Source: Dictyostelium discoideum (taxonomy: Eukaryota). Taken from it: a stretch of 64,000 bases of DNA. This document shows positions 1-11,900 of the stretch, piece after piece. The translations under genes and the position numbers were made by a program. Under the pieces are notes generated by a model that saw only the letters and a program-made list of their open reading frames with translations, searched no databases and was not told the DNA's origin. The stretch is from the NCBI GenBank assembly GCA_000004695.1, contig CM000155.2, positions 640,001-704,000 of the forward strand, written 5' to 3'. Numbering within the stretch: position 1 is the first letter of the stretch; each line of letters begins with the position of its first letter.

Positions 1-6
1 TATCAA

Positions 7-667
7 ATGATTCAAGATTATTTCGATGATGATGATCAAGTTGCTGCTAACGGTAATGGTAATAAAAAGAATAAAAACCCATTAATGGGTGATGATGGTC
101 AATTATTTAATAATACACTTTATAGAACATCAACTATTAAAGCACAATATCAAAATCAAAGAGTTTGTCCAGATTGTCATATTCAATTGGACAGATTGGG
201 ATTCTTTAAGATGAAAATTTGTTATTACACTGGTAAATATTATTGCCATAATTGTCATTCTGGTCAAAAATCATTAATACCCGCAAGAATACTTTGGCAT
301 TGGGATTTCAAATTATTCCCAGTTTGTGATTCCGCCAAATCCTATATCACTCGTAACTTTTCTCATCCATTTGATATTTTCCAATTTAATCCTGAATCAA
401 TTTCATTATCATCACGTTTAGCTAAAATTTTATCCTTTAGAACTAAACTTCATTTCATTGGTGAATATATAGAAAGTTGTAGAAGTAGAGTAACCTTGGA
501 TTCTTCTTTACCTCATGTTAATGATTATCTTATCTCTGGTAATGTTAATCTTTACTCTCTAATGGATTTAGATAAAATTAATAGTGGTAATTCTTTAGAA
601 TTAATAATTCAAGAGGTAATGGAAAAATATATTAATCATGTTACAAATGATTGTATTGTAAGTATTA

Positions 668-735
<68 letters not shown>

Positions 736-1010
736 TATAAATAATAATTAATAATATTAATTTTTAAATTTTAATTTTTTTTTTTTTTAAAAAGACTTGT
801 AAAGGTAAAGGATTTATTTGTGAATTTTGTGATAATGATGAATTAATATTTTCTTGGATGAGTTTAGATACACAAAATTATTCAAAATGTGATAAATGTT
901 TCACTCTTTCACACAAGAAATGTTATTCAAAAGATTCATGCCCAAAATGTATTCGTATTTCTAGAGTAAAAAGTCATAGAAATACAACTGTGCATCTTCA
1001 ATTAAAGTAA
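7..1010 (+). CDS. DEF8/Rubicon-homology (RH, DUF4206) zinc-finger domain protein, 5-prime partial; exons 7..657 and 795..1010
   Basis: The ORF is open from the window edge. The motif CPDCH...YYCHNCH...ARILWHWDF matches the RH domain of DEF8/Rubicon/PLEKHM1. A GTAAGT donor lies at 658 and the intron (658-794, containing (AT)30) ends in an AAAAG acceptor. Exon 2 is in phase and encodes CKGKGFICEFCDNDELIF...CDKCFTLSHKKC...CPKCIRI, ending at TAA 1008-1010. Confidence 0.75.
671..730. repeat. (AT)30 dinucleotide repeat inside an intron
   Basis: Perfect alternating AT. In the ORF track it falsely extends the ORF as IYIYIY. Confidence 0.95.
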
Positions 1011-1044
1011 TAATAAAAATAAATATCAAAAATAAATTTAAAAT

Positions 1045-1080
<36 letters not shown>

Positions 1081-1119
1081 AGGAAATAATCATAAAATCA
1101 TATGTAGTTGATTTTTTTT

Positions 1120-1173
<54 letters not shown>

Positions 1174-1378
1174 TTTTTATAATATAATTAATTTATTAGT
1201 TTTGGAGTAAAGAGAAATAAGGAAAAAAAAAAGTGGAAAAAAAAAAAAGTTCTGCCCAGCATTTTTTTTTTTTTTTTTTTTTTTCACTTTTTTTTTTTCA
1301 CTTTTTTTTTTTTTTTATACGAAAGAATGTTTTTATTTTTTTTTATTTAAATATTTGTGTAATAACTTAATAAAATAA

Positions 1379-3436
1379 ATGTTTTCTAGATTGTTAAATA
1401 GAGGAAACGGTGGTGTAAATAAAAATATAACATCAGGACTATTATTAAGGAGAACAACAACAACAACAACAAGATTATCATATATTAATAATAGTCCTAC
1501 CTTATCAATTAGATCATTTTGTTCAAAATCAACAACAATAACATCAGATGAAAAGTTAGATTTATCAGGTTATACAACAGATAGAATTAGAAATTTTTCA
1601 ATTATAGCGCATATTGATCATGGTAAAACAACATTAAGTACAAAGTTATTATCATTGACAGGTACATTACCAAAGAGTATATATGGTAGTGGTGAAGATA
1701 GTTTGGTTCAAAAAGAAAAGAGTGAAGAAAGAAGAGAACAATATCTTGATAAATTACAAGTCGAAAAAGAGAGAGGTATAACAGTGAAGGCTCAAACATG
1801 TACAATGAAATATCGTAATAAAGAAGATGGCAAAGATTATCTATTGAATCTTATCGATACACCAGGTCATGTTGATTTTTCCTATGAAGTTAGTAGAAGT
1901 TTAATGGCATGTCAAGGCGCGCTATTGGTGGTTGATGCAGTTCAAGGCGTGCAAGCTCAAACAATGGCAAACTATTATTTAGCCTTGGATTCAGGGTTAG
2001 AAGTTATTCCAGTTATAAATAAAATAGATTTACCAACTGCCGATGTAGAAAGAGTGAAACAAGAATTGAAAGATGCTTTTGGATTTCATCCAGATGATGC
2101 AGTGTTGGTATCGGCTAAAACTGGTGTTGGTATCACTGATATCCTTCCAGCGGTAATCGATCGTATCCCACCACCTCAAGAACCAACTAAATCACCCAAA
2201 GTACCCTTCAAAGCATTGTTATTCGATTCATGGTTCGATAGATTCAGAGGAGTGATTTGTTTAATTAAAGTTGTGGATGGTAAAGTGAAAAAGGGTGATT
2301 CGATAGTATCAGCTGGTAATAAACAAACCTATGAAGTATTCGATGTTGGTATTATGCATCCTGAACAAAGACCAGCTCCTTCACTATTCACAGGTCAAGT
2401 AGGTTATATAACACCAGGTATGAAAACTAGTAAAGAGGCAAGAGTTGGTGATACTTTCTACATGAAAGACTTCCCTGTGGAACCATTACCAGGTTTTCAA
2501 CCTGCCAAACAAATGGTGTTTGCTGGTATTTATCCAGTGGATTCTTTGGATTACACTCAGTTGAGAGAATCATTTGAAAAGTTAATGTTAACCGACTCGA
2601 GTATATCAATGACCAATGAAACTTCAGTTGCATTGGGTATGGGTTTTAGATGTGGTTTCCTTGGCTTACTTCATATGGATGTGGTTTTACAACGTCTAGA
2701 GCAAGAGTATGGTCAAGTGGTTATTGCAACACCACCAACCGTACCATATAGATGTTTATTAACCGATGGTAAGGAGATATTGATTTCAAACCCTGCTGGG
2801 TACCCTTCTGCTGAACATTTATCAAAAACTTTTGAACCAATGGTAACTGGTCATGTTACATTACCAACTGAATATTTTGGTGCTGTCGTTAAACTTTGTA
2901 TGGATAGTAGAGGTATTTTAACCAATCAAGAAACATTGGAAGGTAATCGTACCAGAATCACATTCAATTTCCCTTTGGGTGAAATCGTTACCGATTTCTA
3001 TGACAATCTCAAAAGAATTAGCTCAGGTTATGCTTCTTTGGATTATGAAGACAATGGTTATCAAGAATCTGATGTTGCAAAAGTTAGAGTACTATTAAAT
3101 GGTGAGGAAGTCGATTCCCTATCAGCAATCGTACATAAATCAAATGCTCAAAGATATTCTCGTTCTTTGGTTAAACGTTTAAGAAAAGTTATCGATCGTC
3201 AAATGTTTCAAGTTAATATTCAAGCTATGGTCGGTAGTGATGTTCAAGCTCGTGAAACTATCTCTGCCATGAGAAAAGATGTAACTGCAAAATGTTATGG
3301 TGGTGATATTACTCGTCGTAGAAAGTTATTGGATAAACAAAAAGAAGGTAAAAAGAGAATGAAACAAATGGGTTGTGTTGAACTTAGTCAAGAAGGTTTC
3401 CTTAAACTTATGAAATCAACAAATGATGATGATTAA
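1379..3436 (+). CDS. guf1: Translation factor GUF1 (LepA/EF4 homologue), mitochondrial, single exon
   Basis: A 685 aa ORF. G-domain motifs are AHIDHGKTTL, DTPGH and NKID. LepA-specific C-terminal domain is conserved (AKCYGGDITRRRKLLDKQKEGKKRMK). The Ser/Thr/Arg-rich N-terminal presequence is typical of a mitochondrial import signal. Confidence 0.9.
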   Translation: MFSRLLNRGNGGVNKNITSGLLLRRTTTTTTRLSYINNSPTLSIRSFCSKSTTITSDEKLDLSGYTTDRIRNFSIIAHIDHGKTTLSTKLLSLTGTLPKSIYGSGEDSLVQKEKSEERREQYLDKLQVEKERGITVKAQTCTMKYRNKEDGKDYLLNLIDTPGHVDFSYEVSRSLMACQGALLVVDAVQGVQAQTMANYYLALDSGLEVIPVINKIDLPTADVERVKQELKDAFGFHPDDAVLVSAKTGVGITDILPAVIDRIPPPQEPTKSPKVPFKALLFDSWFDRFRGVICLIKVVDGKVKKGDSIVSAGNKQTYEVFDVGIMHPEQRPAPSLFTGQVGYITPGMKTSKEARVGDTFYMKDFPVEPLPGFQPAKQMVFAGIYPVDSLDYTQLRESFEKLMLTDSSISMTNETSVALGMGFRCGFLGLLHMDVVLQRLEQEYGQVVIATPPTVPYRCLLTDGKEILISNPAGYPSAEHLSKTFEPMVTGHVTLPTEYFGAVVKLCMDSRGILTNQETLEGNRTRITFNFPLGEIVTDFYDNLKRISSGYASLDYEDNGYQESDVAKVRVLLNGEEVDSLSAIVHKSNAQRYSRSLVKRLRKVIDRQMFQVNIQAMVGSDVQARETISAMRKDVTAKCYGGDITRRRKLLDKQKEGKKRMKQMGCVELSQEGFLKLMKSTNDDD

Positions 3437-3918
3437 ATGATTGAAAAATTTAAAAATAAATAAATAAATAAATTATATTACTATTTTTTTTTTTTTTAAA
3501 TTTTTTATTAGAATTTGGTATGGAAAAGATTCTTTTAATCATTTTTTTTTTTAATTTTTTTTGTGCATTAAAATTATTGACTTAAAAATCCATTTTTCTG
3601 AGCTAATTTCTATTTAAAAATTGAAGAGATTAAAAAAAATTAAATTGCCAAAAAGATAATTTGATTATCAAACAAATCAATACCTGGTACGAAATTAAAA
3701 TTGCGGGTGGGAATTTTTTTTTTTTTTAACTTAAAAATAGTTTTTAATTTTTATAGTTTTTATCCTAAAATTTTGATTTCTGAGGTATGTGTATATTAAA
3801 AATTTAAGATATCAAAAAAAAAAAAAAAAAAAAAAAAAAATATTAATAATAAAAATGTATAAATATAAAAACTATTTTTTATTTAGAACAAAGTAATAAA
3901 AAAAAAATAATAATAAAA

Positions 3919-4277
3919 ATGAAATTTTTAATTTCTTTAATTTTAATTTTATCAATCGTATATAATAATTGTAATGCCTTTTCTTTAAACAAAAACTCTA
4001 ATAAAAAAGTATTGGACTATGATATTTGTTTCCCATCTGGTTCAACTGGAATCAATGGATTCAGAACTAATATACTTGGCGTTGGTTATAATTCATTATA
4101 TCCAAATGGTGATGGTGCAATTTCATCATACATTGAAGAAAACCAAATCGATGTTGATTTTGAAAACCAAAGATTATTTGCAAATTACTTTATGAAATTA
4201 GATGGAAATACTGAAAATATCTTTGGAAGTTTTTGGGCATTTTCATCAAATGTAATGTATCTCTCAAATAATTTAAT

Positions 4278-4335
<58 letters not shown>

Positions 4336-4794
4336 TTAATACTAATAAAATCTTTTTATTTTTTTATATTTAATTTAAAATTTATATATAAATTATTATA
4401 GAAAACTGAATATTACTATATAGTTGATAATGATGGTGTTTATAATTGTTATTCATCAGAAATGGATTATGAAATTTCAGCAAATTTCGAATTAGATTAT
4501 GTCTCTGAAAATCAAATCGGTGCAACCCCATGTGAAGTTTATCATTTAAAATCAAATTTATTACAAAATACTACTATTCAAAGTATTATTGTTGACAAAT
4601 CCCAATGTGCATTAACAGCTTCAATTCTTACCATGGTTTCTCCAGCTAGTACAGGAGTTACATTGGTAAACTATTTCAACTATAATCCAAGCTCAAATCC
4701 AATTAATTATGAATTACCGGTAGAATGTGGAAATCCAGTCCCAATTAATCAAGTTATCAGACCAAGATCATTAAACTTATTTAAACAACATTAA
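3919..4794 (+). CDS. Secreted Cys-containing protein (signal peptide), paralogue A; exons 3919..4251 and 4402..4794
   Basis: N-terminal hydrophobic signal MKFLISLILILSIVYNNCNA. A GTAATG donor follows codon N at 4251. The intron contains a poly-A run (the false KKKK stretch in the ORF track). Acceptor ATAG at 4401 joins the 4462 ORF in frame (KTEYYYIVDNDG...). Same exon structure and intron position as the paralogue at 45440..46289. Confidence 0.7.
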
Positions 4795-5329
4795 ATTTAA
4801 TAAGTCAAATAAACTTTTTTATTATTATATATCTTTTATTTTTATATTAGTTTATTCTATTGTTGTTGAATTTCTTTTTTCAAATATAAGTTTTAGATGG
4901 CATATCTACTAAATAATATTATCCATATTGTTTAGTTTTTTATTTATTACCTACTCTTTTTTAAAAAATACAGATAATAATAGGTAATTATTAATTTTAA
5001 AATTATTTTGTTATATGAATTGTATCACATTAATATTTTTTGTTTTATTTATTTTTTGATTTTTTGATTTTTTTTTTTTGATTAAATTTTTTTTTTTTAT
5101 TATTTATTTGTATTAAATTGAGTTAAAAAAAATAATTTAAAATCAAAGTTTCACAAATAATATCTCATAGTTTTATTTTTTATTTTTTTTTTTTTTAGGT
5201 GTATTATGAAACTTTTTCAAATCCATTTTAAATCAAATAACAAAATTTTAAATTAAAAAAACCCTTTAATTTAATTTTAAATAAATGTTTTACACAAAGA
5301 AAAAAAAAAAAATTAATTATTTATTCATT

Positions 5330-6436
5330 TTAAGGTGAAGTTGTAGTAGTGGTAGTGGTAGTTGTAGTCGTTGTAGTGTTATTATTATTATTATTAATTG
5401 AAAGTATAACCTGTGGTTTATAACTAAATAAATAATCAATTATTGATTGTCTTGATTCAGGTGGTGATTGAATTAATTTATAGATAATAAAATGTTGAAA
5501 TAATAATTTTGTTCTAAAGGTTGGTGATAAATTTTGAAGGAGAGCAGCTATCAATTCATTTTTAATGATTGTTGAAGAAGGTGAAGAAGAAGGTAACTGT
5601 TTATGATTATTAATGAAATCAAAGAGCACAGAGGAGATACCAGAGATTAAAGATGTATGAACGTTCATTTGAGATTTATCTAAACGACAACTTTCCAATA
5701 CGTCTTCATGTAAATCAACCAATACTCTACTTGAATTTCTATTTGCAATATCACCTAAAACCGATGGTGGTAAATCTTTGATTACCATTGAGATCTCTTT
5801 TTTAAAATTCTCTGATTCCTTTTGATCATTTTCATTAACGCTAGTAAAACTAATTAAAACTGCGTAAAAACTGATTAAATTCTCTTTTGATTGAATTGAA
5901 TAAACATTTTTAAAATGTTCAATGATAGTGTTTACAATTGAGAATTTAATTTTTTCATTATCAACTTTTGATAGAATACTTTGCATTTCTTTGAATTGTT
6001 TCTCTAATGTATCTGATTCCTCTAATGATAGATTATGAATTATATGACTATATATTAAATCTTCATCAATTTCACCTTCTTCATTTAAATAATCTTTAAT
6101 CTTTTTTTTATAATCTTTTAAACTTATTGTTGGTTTTTGATCTATATTTTTAAATGAATTTAATGATTGTTGTTGTTGTGTTGGAGATTGTGGTTGCTGC
6201 TGTTGTTGAGTTGGTCTTTGTTGTGAAGTTGTTGGATTATTACTATTATTATTGCTATTGCTATTGCTATTATTATTATTATTATTATTATTATTTATAG
6301 TTATAGAATGTTGTGGTTGTTGTTGTTGTTCTTCTTGTCCATCTTGTTGTTCAATTTGATTTTGTAGTTGTCTTGGATAAAAGAAAGATGCAATCCATGT
6401 GTACCATGACATTGACCATTGATATAATCCTTCCAT
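5330..6436 (-). CDS. Hypothetical low-complexity (poly-N/Q/T) protein, 368 aa
   Basis: Long ORF with coding-like composition and Dictyostelium-type homopolymer amino-acid runs. The C-terminal half is non-repetitive (IEHFKNVYSIQSKENLISFYAVLISF...). No recognisable domain. Confidence 0.55.
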   Translation of the reverse strand: MEGLYQWSMSWYTWIASFFYPRQLQNQIEQQDGQEEQQQQPQHSITINNNNNNNNNSNSNSNNNSNNPTTSQQRPTQQQQQPQSPTQQQQSLNSFKNIDQKPTISLKDYKKKIKDYLNEEGEIDEDLIYSHIIHNLSLEESDTLEKQFKEMQSILSKVDNEKIKFSIVNTIIEHFKNVYSIQSKENLISFYAVLISFTSVNENDQKESENFKKEISMVIKDLPPSVLGDIANRNSSRVLVDLHEDVLESCRLDKSQMNVHTSLISGISSVLFDFINNHKQLPSSSPSSTIIKNELIAALLQNLSPTFRTKLLFQHFIIYKLIQSPPESRQSIIDYLFSYKPQVILSINNNNNNTTTTTTTTTTTTTSP

Positions 6437-6776
6437 TTTATTAATATTATTATTTTTACTTTATCACCTATTCAAATAAACCTATTCAAAATTATAATTT
6501 CTTTTTTTTTTAATATTTGTTGTGTGTGGGGTTGGTATATTTTTAAAAAAATGAAAAATTTAAAAAAAAAAATTAAATTAAAAAATAAAAAATAAAAAAT
6601 TATTTTCTTGTTACCAAAAAAAAAAAAAAAAAAAAAAAAATGATTTTTTATTTTTTTTATTTTTTTTTTATTTTTTTATTTTTCTTTATATTTTACTTTT
6701 GATTACCAAAAGTGGATTTTGGATCAAAAACCTGGAAAAAATTTTATTTTACTTTTTTTTTTTTTTTTAAAACTTT

Positions 6777-7968
6777 TCATTCAACTATGAATTGTAAAGT
6801 ATGTTTTGGATCAGCTTGTTTAAAATTTTTGTTTTTTGTTTTTCTTTTTTCAGGTGGTTTCAAAGCATTTTGATTTGCTTTTGGTCTGGAAATTAAATAA
6901 TGACAAATATTATATAAAGTAATTGCATCACCTGGTACATTCGAATTATTTGATAATGATATTAAATTTGTAGAATCATCTTCAATATTACTTTTTAATT
7001 CTTTTCTCTTTGAAGAATCTAAATAAGATTTTATACCACCACCAACATGTTTTACCATCCTTAACCATTGAATTTGTTTTTCGATACTATTTTATTAATA
7101 ATAAAAAAAAAAAAAAAAAAAAAAAATGTTAATATATTATTAATAAAATAAAATGAAATAAAAATTAAATAAATAAATATTTTACCTAGAATAAGTTTCT
7201 TCAGGAGAAATAAACCAATTATCTCTAGTTTTTTTAGAATTAATTGAGGAGATCAATTTCTCTTTAAAGATTTTAAAATATTTTGAAATTTTTTTATTTA
7301 TTCTTTCTTGACCTTCTTTTGAATTATAGTATGTTAATCTCTCCAAATCATTATGTCTTTCATATTTTTTAATTTTATTTGTTGTATATTTATTTATGAA
7401 TAATTTTTGAATTCTTTTAAAATCTGAAATATCAATAAAACTATTTGAATTTACAATATTTTGAAAAATTATAAAATGTAATGCCATTGGTTCTTTTTTA
7501 ATTACTGCATTCACTGAATCGAATAAAACACTATTTCTACTATATAAGGTTGGTATACCATTCTTATATTTTTCATCAATTTTAATTTTAATTGTTAATT
7601 TTCTAGGTGGTAAAATTAATTTTTGTTTCTTTTTATTATTATTATTATTTTCATCATCATTATTGAAATTATTACTTTGAAATTTTTCAAATAAATTTTC
7701 AGAATCACTTGAATCTATATCTGATTCTGAAATTTCTGATGTTGAATCTGAAGAAAGAGTTGGTGATGAAATATTATCAATTTTTCTTTTTTTATCATTA
7801 TTTATATTATTATTATTAATTTCATCAACTTCGTTAATACTATTATTGTTAATATTATTATTGTTATTATTATTATTATTAATATTATTATTAATATTAT
7901 TATCATTATTATTATTATCATCATCTTTATTATTGTTATTAATATTATTAATATTATTATTAATATTT

Positions 7969-8045
<77 letters not shown>

Positions 8046-8267
8046 ATTATTATTATTATTATTATTAAAATTATTATTTAAATTAAATTCTTTAATTAAT
8101 TTTGTTTCCAATTGTGAACTACCACCATATAATATTGCAATTGGGGAATAACAATTATCCACTATTCCTTTATTAAGTAATAGTTTATTATTTTCATTTT
8201 TGATATGAGAACTAATAATAGTATTTTTTAAGATACTACTATTCCTATTTATAATATGTTTAACCAT
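6777..8267 (-). CDS. Hypothetical nuclear-like low-complexity protein, spliced; exons 8267..7186 and 7086..6777
   Basis: The stop of ORF 7182..8267 overlaps a GTAAAA donor (TCTAG|GTAAAAT). A 99 bp AT-rich intron (7087-7185) ends in AATAG. Exon 2 continues in frame (S-IEKQIQWLR-MVKHVGGG...) straight into ORF 6777..7058. Exon 1 has a long poly-N tract plus acidic Ser-rich and KKRK segments. Confidence 0.6.
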
Positions 8268-8715
8268 TGTTTATATTTAGAAATTTTTAAAAGAAGAAAA
8301 AGGAATAAAACAAAAAAAAAAAAAAAGTTAAAATTCATGGTTTAATTTACAAAAAGTAAAAAAAAAAAATAAATAAAAAAAATAAAAAAAAATATAAAAA
8401 TAAAAAAAAATAAAACAAAAAAAACTTCACCCCCTTCCCCCGATTAAGTAAATTAAAACACGAAAAATATGAAAAAAAAACAAAATAAAAAAAAAAAAAA
8501 AAAAAAAAACAAAAAAAAAAAAAAAAATTAATAAAAGAGGGAAATTAAAATGGAAGTATTTTTGATTTAATTAAAAAATAAAAATAAAAATAAATAAAAT
8601 TATTCGTCAAATTAGGTATTCCCTAAATTCTTTTTTTTTTTATTTTATTTTTTATTTTATATTTTTTTTTTTTTTAAATTTAGTAAAATAAAAATTTTTA
8701 CAAGCTAGCTAGTCT

Positions 8716-8765
8716 GGGTTAAGTAAAAAATCTTTTAATTAATTTAAAGATTTTTTACTTAACCC
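8716..8765. repeat. 50 bp near-perfect palindrome (20 bp arms GGGTTAAGTAAAAAATCTTT / AAAGATTTTTTACTTAACCC, 10 bp TAATTAATTT centre)
   Basis: The right arm is the exact reverse complement of the left. Only one central mismatch. It lies about 190 bp beyond the Roco gene stop and about 450 bp upstream of the 8267 gene start. The flank CAAGCTAGCTAG is also palindromic. Confidence 0.85.
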
Positions 8766-8951
8766 AATTGCTGTTCATATGAAGTCTGTTTTTTTTTTAT
8801 TGTTGAATTGGAAATTATTATTTATTTATTTTATTTTTTTAATTTTTAAATTCTAAACAAAAAATAAATAAAAAGAAAAATAAATACCATATTATTATTA
8901 TATTTTTTTTTTTTATATTTTTTTTATTTTATTTTATTTTATTTTTTTTTT

Positions 8952-11900
8952 TTAAACATTAGAAAGTTTTAAACTAAACCAAATAAAAGAATCAAGAGAT
9001 AATCTAAAAATTTGTTGTTTAATTGAATCAGTTCTTTCATAATAAGCTAAAAGGTAATCACCATGAAGTGTTATATTTAAAGCGGCGATTGATGAAGGTG
9101 GAATATCACCAGTACAAACGAATTGATTCCATTCAAAAGTTTCTAAATTTAGGATATGAATTTGATTGAGTAATCTTGCTTTATTGAACCAACCACCAAT
9201 AACAATCAAAGAATTATTCCAAAGTATACTACTATGACCAACCATTGGTAATGGTGGAATACCTTTACATTCGATTTCAACCCAACCATTTTTATTTGTA
9301 GTTGGAACTGTGAATTTAAATCTATGGAAAGAATCTTCAATTGAAGAGATAACAAAAGTTAATGTATCATTGAAAACTGTAACCGATGGACCATCAGGGA
9401 AATCGATTTTATTTTTCAATTCTTTCTTCAAGAGGAATGGTAAATTAATTTCCTTTGGAGCATTCTCACCAATGAATACTTGATAAATCTTTTTAGATTG
9501 GATTTTAATGATTTCACGATCGTCAGGTGTTTGATTTGGTAAAGATTTGAAAGTTTTAATAGCTTCATAAAACATTAAATTCTCTTCATTGAATTCTGAT
9601 TGCATGTGAGTATAAAATGCTTTATAGGTGGTTGACTGTTTATTATTCAATACAACCATTAATTTATCCTCGAATAGCATGCTTGAAAGATTTAATGCAA
9701 ACACTTTTGAATGTGGTTTCGATGAATTATTCCAACCACCGAAATGGATGATTTTATCTTGATAAATGATTGAACCACCAGATGGTAATGGATGGTCAGA
9801 GTAAATGTTATTATCCGACGCTAAACTCTTATAACTATGTTCCTTTGATTCAATCTCTTTCTTTATCGTATAGAGTTGTGATATTATTTTAGATGGTGAT
9901 GGACGATTCAATGGTTCACCTGACCAACAATCTTTAATTAAATCTGCAAATGATGGTAAACAATCTAATGGAATCGATGGACGTTGACCACTAATAACAA
10001 TATTTGAGAATCTATCATGATCTTGGAATGCTATTGATCTAGTTAACAATTCATATAAAATAATACCAAATGAATAGACATCACTATTTTCATGATAATT
10101 TAATTTTTGTAATACTTCTGGTGAATGATATGATTTTGGTGTTGTACTAGTTGGAAATAGTGACGGTAAAAATGATGATTGTGAAAAATCTATAATTTTT
10201 GCATTTACAAATGGTTCAATTTCAAGACCATTGCCACTTGACTGATGGTCATTTGATTTCTCTAAAATTATACCAGAACTTGTTAAATTTGTTAATAGGA
10301 AAGGTGGAGAATGTGAATTTAATTTATCCATTGCACGAGCTATATCCAATGCAATCTTTAATTTAATATTCCATGGAATTTCAGGATGCTTTTGTCTGTC
10401 TTGAATATACTCTGATAGGGTTGTGCTACCTTTACTACCGAATGTCGGATTCTCTGTTATGATTGCGATTGGGTTCATTGAAATACCAATTATCGATAAA
10501 ACATTTGAATGACGGAAATTATATAATGACAATGCTTCATGTCTAAAACTTGATAGAATACGAGCACAATTATTTTGGAAATCTGCGCCCAACAATGGAG
10601 CATTGAATACTTTAATATTTACAAACTGTTTACCATACATTCCCATCATTGATTGTGTTGATGTACCATTTTCATTTTGATTAGAATGATCTGGTAAAAC
10701 TTCAATCTCTCTATAATCAATTTCTTTAATAAAATGACAAATTGAAAATTGATCTAATAATAGTGATCGAATTGGTACCAAAAATGAATCATCTCTATAA
10801 ATTTCAACTTTTCTTTCTTTTTCTTTTTCTTTATCTTTATCTTTTTCTTTTTCTTTTTCTTTTTCTTTATTTTGTTTTGCTAATTCTTTCAAATCTTTTT
10901 TAGATAAACTATTATTATTATCATTATTATTTGATTGAATTAGGTTTTTAGAATCTTTTCTTGAAATCTTTGGATTTGATCTAGATGAAGCAATTGGTGA
11001 ACTTGTATCATTTGAACTATTATTGTTATTTGGTTTATATTGACAATAAATACCTAATTCACCTTTAAATATTTGTGCTTCACATTCTTCCAATTTAAAT
11101 AAATGAGGTGTAACGATTTTCTTTTCAATACAATGACTACATGGTATAAAAGTTTTAAATGATACTTTATACCATTTTGAAACTAAAGATTCGAAAATAC
11201 TATAAACTTGACTTGATAAGGTTGATGGTCTAATAAATCTTATTGTAATTTCAATTGTATTACTATCATGATCAACATTTACTAAAATACGTTCTTCACG
11301 GAATTGTTGTTGTAATGTGTTGTTGGAAGATCCTGATGCTAATGATTGGAGAGTTGTTGCTGATGTTGTTGTTGTTGAGTTTGCTGTTGATGATGATGAT
11401 GATGATGATGTTGTTGACATTGATGCTATCTCTGGTACTAAAATTGCTAAATCCTTCCAACATTTATAAAGATGAGCATGTTGCATTAGTCTACTTAATA
11501 ATCTACCAAATAAACCATTTGGAATTACATCTAATGAGAATCTTCTTGAAAATTGATGAATTTCAGGTGACTCTGGAAAAGCTTCCCAAATACCTGGTAA
11601 ATCAATGATTGGTATCATTGATGAAATATTATTCAAATTTAATGCATTACTTAATGAAGATGATGAAGATGATGAATTTGAACTAATTGAACAATTACCA
11701 TTGATTGATAGTTGTGGTGGTGGTGCTAATAATGATGAAACCAATGCCCAACCAACACGAGCATTAAATGAACTTGAACGACCATTTCTAACTTTTTGAT
11801 TTGATGTAAAACTTGATAAACTACTTGTATTATTTAAATTAACACCAAAATAAGAATTACTGCGATTTGCTTCATGAATACTCATTGATCTTGATCCTGA

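Noticed and set aside
1602-2633. Minus-strand ORFs 1602..1805 and 2427..2633
   Set aside because: They are antisense to guf1.
7846-8151. Plus-strand poly-Leu ORF
   Set aside because: It is the antisense reading of the (AAT)n poly-Asn tract of the 7182..8267 gene. It is pure repeat translation.
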